A stretch of 64,000 nt of DNA, from NCBI GenBank assembly GCA_038207335.1, contig JBBQZX010000029.1:14861-78860 (forward strand), given 5' to 3'. This document shows positions 59,518-64,000 of the stretch, piece after piece; position 1 is the first letter of the stretch; every line of letters begins with the position of its first letter. Position numbers and translations under genes: made by a program. The stretch comes from Chthoniobacterales bacterium. GTDB taxonomy: Bacteria; Verrucomicrobiota; Verrucomicrobiia; Chthoniobacterales; Chthoniobacteraceae. The notes beneath the pieces are model-generated. The model was not told the DNA's origin, made no database searches, and was given only the letters and a program-made list of their open reading frames with translations.

Positions 59518-61320
59518 ATGAGCGAATCCACCGCCGCTACGGCTCCCGCCAGCGACTCCAAAATCACCACAATCCATGAAGCGGTGATCCGCATCGCGGG
59601 CAATTCGCAGGACGGCATCCAAGCCATCGGCGGCTTCCTCGCGCGGCTCGCTGGCCGCAGCGAGCAGGAGGTGATGACCTTCATGACGATCCCGTCCACG
59701 ATCTCGGGCGGGCCTTCGATTTTCCAAGTTCGCATCGGCTCCGGCGAGGTGCTCAGTGCGGGCGATGACTGCGACGTACTGCTCGCGTTTTACCAGCACA
59801 GCTACGAGGGGCATATCTCGTCGCTGAAAAAGGGCGGCATCGTGCTTTACGACAACGGCCATGTGCAGCCGAAGGGCGAGTGGCAGGACGAATATCATCA
59901 CGTCGGCGTGCCGATTTCCGGCGAGACGGTCGAGGCGGTCGGCGGCACCGGGCGCGAGAAAGGGAAGAATGTTTACGCGCTCGGGCTCATCGCGCGGATG
60001 TTCGATCTCAATAAGGTGAAGCTCGAAAAGCTGATCACCGAGCGCTTCGCCGGAAAAGACGCGTCGATCGCGGAGCTTGCTGTGACCTGCTTTCGCGCGG
60101 GCTACAGCCACCGCATCCAAGGGCTGCTCGAGTCGTTCCAATTCAATCCGGCGGAGGTCGGCGGTCAGGAAAAGGTCGTGATGAGCGGCAATGAGGCACT
60201 CGCTTACGGGATCATCGCGGCGGGCGTGCGCTTCGGCGCGGGCTATCCGATCACGCCGTGGAGCGACATTATGGAACTGCTGCGGCGCGAGCTGCCGAAA
60301 TACGGCGGGATGTTCATCCAGACGGAGGACGAAATCGCGGCGATCGCGATGGCGCTCGGCGGGAGTTACGGCGGACGCGTGGCGGTCACGGGATCGAGCG
60401 GGCCGGGGATTTCGCTAAAAACGGAGGCGATCGGCTGGGCGAGCATGGCTGAGATGCCGGTGGTCATCATCGACGTGCAGCGCGGCGGGCCATCGACCGG
60501 AATGCCGACGAATGTCGAGCAGAGCGACCTGAACATCGCGATAAATGGCGGGCACGGAGACAGCCCGCGCGTCGTGCTCGCGCCGTGCAGCGTGGAGGAT
60601 TGCTTTTACACAGCGATCGAGGCGGTGAATATCGCGCGCAAATACAGCACGCCGGTCTTCATCCTCAGCGATCAGGGCATCGCGAGCCGCATCGAGGCAT
60701 TCCCGGCACCCGACCTCGAGAAAATCTGCCAGGACATCTCGCCCGACCTCTCGCCCGTCGCCGACCACAAACCCTACGACCTCTCGGCACCCGACTTCAC
60801 CACGCGACACATCGCCCCCGGCACGCGCGTCGCTTCGGGGAAATATCCCGTCGTCACCGGGCTCGAGCACGACGAACTCGGGCACCCCACCGGCTCTGGG
60901 AAAACCCACACCGCCATGGTCGCCAAGCGCCGCAACAAGCTTCGCAAGCTCGCCGAGGAAATCCCCCTGCCCGAGGTCTTCGGCGCACCGGAGGGCCACG
61001 TGCTCCTCGTCGGCTGGGGCTCCTCGCGCGGACCGCTCGACGAGGCCGTGAAACAAGCCCGCGCACACGGCGAAGCCATCTCCTCGCTCCACCTCAAGCA
61101 CCTCAACCCACTGCCAAACGGCCTCGACAAAATCTTCAGCGGCTTCACCCACGTCATCGTCGTCGAGCTGAACGACGAAGGCATCTACGGCTACGGCCAG
61201 CTCGCCACACTCCTCCGCGCCCGCTACTGCGACCCCCGCATCCGCGGCGTCTGCAAGACCGACGGCCTCACCTGGAAAATCAAAGAAATCCTCCAGCGCA
61301 CCCTTTCGCTGATCAAGTAA
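59518..61320 (+). CDS. korA: 2-oxoacid:ferredoxin oxidoreductase alpha subunit
   Basis: GYPITP, EDEIAA, SSGPGISLK, DVQRGGPSTGMPT, VGWGS. Confidence 0.92.
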   Translation: MSESTAATAPASDSKITTIHEAVIRIAGNSQDGIQAIGGFLARLAGRSEQEVMTFMTIPSTISGGPSIFQVRIGSGEVLSAGDDCDVLLAFYQHSYEGHISSLKKGGIVLYDNGHVQPKGEWQDEYHHVGVPISGETVEAVGGTGREKGKNVYALGLIARMFDLNKVKLEKLITERFAGKDASIAELAVTCFRAGYSHRIQGLLESFQFNPAEVGGQEKVVMSGNEALAYGIIAAGVRFGAGYPITPWSDIMELLRRELPKYGGMFIQTEDEIAAIAMALGGSYGGRVAVTGSSGPGISLKTEAIGWASMAEMPVVIIDVQRGGPSTGMPTNVEQSDLNIAINGGHGDSPRVVLAPCSVEDCFYTAIEAVNIARKYSTPVFILSDQGIASRIEAFPAPDLEKICQDISPDLSPVADHKPYDLSAPDFTTRHIAPGTRVASGKYPVVTGLEHDELGHPTGSGKTHTAMVAKRRNKLRKLAEEIPLPEVFGAPEGHVLLVGWGSSRGPLDEAVKQARAHGEAISSLHLKHLNPLPNGLDKIFSGFTHVIVVELNDEGIYGYGQLATLLRARYCDPRIRGVCKTDGLTWKIKEILQRTLSLIK

Positions 61321-61344
61321 TCCGCCTCCCCTCCCTCGCCGCAT

Positions 61345-62289
61345 ATGAACACCCTCACCGCCCCCCTTCCCCGCACCACAGCTCCCGGCATCCCCGTCGC
61401 CGACCTCCTCGAGGCCGACCGCAAGGCCCTCACTAAAAAAGACACCGCCGCCGACCACCCGACGTGGTGCCCCGGCTGCGGCGACTTCTCCGTCCTCGCT
61501 CTCTACTACAAGCTCATCGAGAAGCGCAAAATCTGGCACGAGAACATCTGCACCGTCGCCGGCATCGGCTGCTCCTCGCGCTTCCCGTATTTCGTCCAGG
61601 CCCACGGCGTCCACTTCATCCACGGGCGCGCCCTCGCCTTTGCCAGCGGCGTTTCCCTCTCCCGGCCCGACCTCCACGTCTTCGTCTTCGGCGGCGATGG
61701 CGACGCCTTCTCCATCGGCGGCAACCACTTCACCCACACCGCGCGCCGCAACGTCAAAATGACCTACGTCGTCATGGACAACTTCGTCTATGGCCTCACC
61801 AAAAAGCAGACCTCGCCCACCTCACCCATCGGCTTCAAATCGAAAACCGACCCGTGGGGCTCCGCCGACCGCCCCATCAATCCCATCAAGCAGGCCCTCG
61901 CCGCCGGCGCCACATTCGTCGCCCGCAGCACGGCGACAAACATCCCTCATCTCCTGAAAACCATGGAAGCCGCGATGGATCACGACGGCTTCTCCTTCAT
62001 CGAGTGCCTCAGCGAGTGCATCGAATTCTATCCCGGCGCATTCGACGCCGCGACTCCGCGCAAAGGCGGCACATTCACCGAGATCCCCGCCGACCACGAC
62101 GCCACCGACGAACACGCCGCCTACAAGCTCGCCGACACCGATTTCCCCGGCTACTTCGGCACATTCCTCTCGGTGAAAAGGCCGACCAAAAACGACAACG
62201 AAGGCAAGATCATCGCCGACAGCCGGGTGAAAACCACTGGCCTCGCCGACTGGCAGATTTTGCAGAAAAGCTTCGACCGGATGAAGTAA
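61345..62289 (+). CDS. korB: 2-oxoacid:ferredoxin oxidoreductase beta subunit
   Basis: PTWCPGCGD, GIGCSSR, IHGRA, GGDGD...IGGNH TPP-binding motif. Confidence 0.92.
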   Translation: MNTLTAPLPRTTAPGIPVADLLEADRKALTKKDTAADHPTWCPGCGDFSVLALYYKLIEKRKIWHENICTVAGIGCSSRFPYFVQAHGVHFIHGRALAFASGVSLSRPDLHVFVFGGDGDAFSIGGNHFTHTARRNVKMTYVVMDNFVYGLTKKQTSPTSPIGFKSKTDPWGSADRPINPIKQALAAGATFVARSTATNIPHLLKTMEAAMDHDGFSFIECLSECIEFYPGAFDAATPRKGGTFTEIPADHDATDEHAAYKLADTDFPGYFGTFLSVKRPTKNDNEGKIIADSRVKTTGLADWQILQKSFDRMK

Positions 62290-62393
62290 CGGGCCGCTGC
62301 CTCACGGCACACCGCGCACGCAGTAGAACATCCCGCCCCCCCTCTCCACGGGCAGCGTCGAGTCCGCGAGCATCGAGCAAATACTACGCGGAG

Positions 62394-62450
62394 TTGTAGG
62401 GGGCGATCCTCGCCGCCCGCTCCCAGGCCGCTAAAATGGCCGCCCTACAA
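62394..62450. repeat. GTAG-type REP-like inverted doublet
   Basis: TTGTAGGG...CCCTACAA terminal inverted repeat with internal GGCG/CGCC hairpins. Confidence 0.5.
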
Positions 62451-62621
62451 ACGCACCCAGGACCCCTCTGTAAAAGCGCCCTTGACACCCCCTGGTCCAC
62501 CGCCAGCCTCGCCGCCCTCCCACATGATGCGGCATCTGGCAGACCCTCCTCGCGGTAAAAAGCGCGGCCTTCGGCTGTGCGCGCGCACGCTTTCCACCGC
62601 GTCGCAGCCGGCGGCCAGGCC

Positions 62622-62912
62622 ATGGCCTTGCCCTCCGCCGACGAAGTGCGCCTCGCCGCCTACGATCTCCTCACCGCCCTCAACCCCCAGACCAACGCCA
62701 AAGACGCCCTCATCAACGCCCAGCAGGCCCCCGACAACCTCCTCCCCGGCCCCACCGGCATCGAAAAGCTCATCCTCGACCTTTACAACGACGTCGAGAA
62801 CTACTACCGCGACTACCCCCCCGGCGCCCGCCGCGACCTCTGCCGCGCTTGGGGCCTCATCTACGACGAAGACGCCCACGAACCCATTCCCCCCACCCCG
62901 CCCACCCCATGA
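62622..62912 (+). CDS. Hypothetical protein, Pro-rich C-terminus
   Basis: 96-aa ORF MALPSADEV...PPTPPTP with C-ending codon bias like neighbouring korB. Confidence 0.55.
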   Translation: MALPSADEVRLAAYDLLTALNPQTNAKDALINAQQAPDNLLPGPTGIEKLILDLYNDVENYYRDYPPGARRDLCRAWGLIYDEDAHEPIPPTPPTP

Positions 62913-62944
62913 AGCCCCCCGGCCTCACCCCACCCGCCCAGATA

Positions 62945-62980
62945 GACGAAAGCATTTCGTCCAATTCAGAGTTAGGCGAC
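62945..62980 (+). other. attI-like integron recombination site
   Basis: GTTAGGC (GTTRRRY) at 62971, preceded by GACGAAA/TTTCGTC IR rather than by an attC stem. Confidence 0.45.
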
Positions 62981-63000
62981 TTACACGCGCTACCCGAGCA

Positions 63001-63267
63001 ATGAACACTCTCGCCGATGCAGTCATCGCAGCGATCACCTACATCAGCACTGCACAAGCGGACGATGATCGTGCAGATGACGACGTTCGTGCATTGGAGT
63101 CCCTCGCAGCCAAGCTGCATCATTGTTCCGCAGCCGAGCGTGATGCGCTTCGGACATCTCTACAGCGAGCCCGCGCCGAGGCGGAGTCATCTGCAAGCCC
63201 GCATCCCGACTTACTCGACAGCTTCCGCGCCATCGAGACAGACATCCTCGACGCCGAACTCACATGA
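63001..63267 (+). CDS. Gene-cassette ORF, acidic 88-aa hypothetical protein
   Basis: ATG 30 bp after GTTAGGC; stop 10 bp before attC. Confidence 0.75.
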   Translation: MNTLADAVIAAITYISTAQADDDRADDDVRALESLAAKLHHCSAAERDALRTSLQRARAEAESSASPHPDLLDSFRAIETDILDAELT

Positions 63268-63277
63268 CACCAACGTC

Positions 63278-63392
63278 GCCTAACCATGCGCTGCAGCGAA
63301 CTGCTCCGGGCGTCACGGCTCCTGCTCCCCGCAGACCCACCGCGCAGGAGCCGCGCCGCCCTCCGCAGTCGCTGAGCTTGGGGTCGTTATAC
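63278..63392 (+). mobile_element. attC site 1
   Basis: R'' GCCTAAC, L'' GCTGCAGCGAAC, CGGCTCCTGC/GCAGGAGCCG stem, L' GTCGCTGAGC, R' GTTATAC; GTCGCCTAAC complements the cassette start GTTAGGCGAC. Confidence 0.88.
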
Positions 63393-63771
63393 CCCTGGGC
63401 GCCGCCCTTCGGCTCACACGTCCCGTTATCCGCCCCCAGCTCCGCACCCCCGCCGCCCTCAATGAGGGCTAGCACCAGCTTGAGCATTTCCACGTCGCGG
63501 CGGCACTTCACTGCTATCCGGCCTTGCGTTGCGGACTCTTTGAGTCTGTCCGCTTTCGTCATCCGAGGTTCGTTCGCCGTGCTTGGGTGCATTTTTGCCG
63601 CAGCTTCCCATTCCGCATCCGTGCCGGTGCGATAGCCTTCTTCCATTTGCTCCCGCGCTCGCACTGACTTTTCAGCTTCCACGAGCTTGGCGCGCACCCA
63701 CACTATTGCTCCGCCCACTCCGCTCCGCGCCGCATCACTTGTGCGTCCGGCGCTCGGCTCTAATTCGCGGG

Positions 63772-63861
63772 GTATAACCATGCGCTGCTGCGAACCGCTC
63801 TGGACGGTCTCAGACATCGGCACGCGCCTCGTTCGCGGTCGCAGAGCTTAGATCGTTAAAT
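63772..63861 (+). mobile_element. attC site 2
   Basis: R'' GTATAAC, GCTGCTGCGAAC...GTCGCAGAGC, R' GTTAAAT; GGGGTATAAC complements the cassette start GTTATACCCC. Confidence 0.85.
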
Positions 63862-64000
63862 ACTCTCTTGATTGGCAAGTGATAAGTTAGGAGTTAAGGA
63901 GAGGAGCGGCATGGAAGAGGTGAGGGTTAAAGTCTTGATGATGATGGAGCATGCCCCAGATGGCGTGGAGGATGCGGCGCATGATGGCGATGATGGCGAC

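Noticed and set aside
59305..60141. N-terminal extensions in the ORF track (57415-60141, 1063-3714, 4957-6132, 7161-8777)
   Set aside because: They overlap real genes. Signal peptides or family N-termini define later starts.

Overview
GC-rich bacterial chromosomal window. Gene content and protein families suggest Verrucomicrobiota (Chthoniobacterales-like); this is an inference. Most of it is housekeeping or metabolic: tyrS 5' end, cysE-iscS-sprT, a sigma54-type promoter ahead of a porin-urtABCDE-ureABCEF urea operon, argS, PTS IIA, glgA, mpg, nif3, coaD-yceD-rpmF-plsX-fabH, cimA, uppP, P-II, gcvP, korAB and tRNA-Leu(TAG). Main accessory signals: (1) a four-gene cassette beside tRNA-Leu encoding a membrane-anchored helical protein, a ~1980-aa propeller/serine-protease surface protein, a FecR-TPR-beta-barrel receptor and a CHASE2 adenylate cyclase. 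It is followed by a ~450-bp collapsed, frameshifted relic of a paralogous copy of the same cassette. (2) A ~406-bp insertion with 21-bp tandem repeats at the urtB/urtC overlap, flanked by a duplicated (A)TGAT and leaving an ORF coupled at both ends. (3) An integron-like array (attI-like site plus two attC sites) with no integrase in the window. (4) A 14-blade FG-GAP surface protein gene split by a 1-bp deletion. (5) Kilobase-scale G/C-skew patches that switch inside genes. All family assignments come from motif recognition, not database searches.
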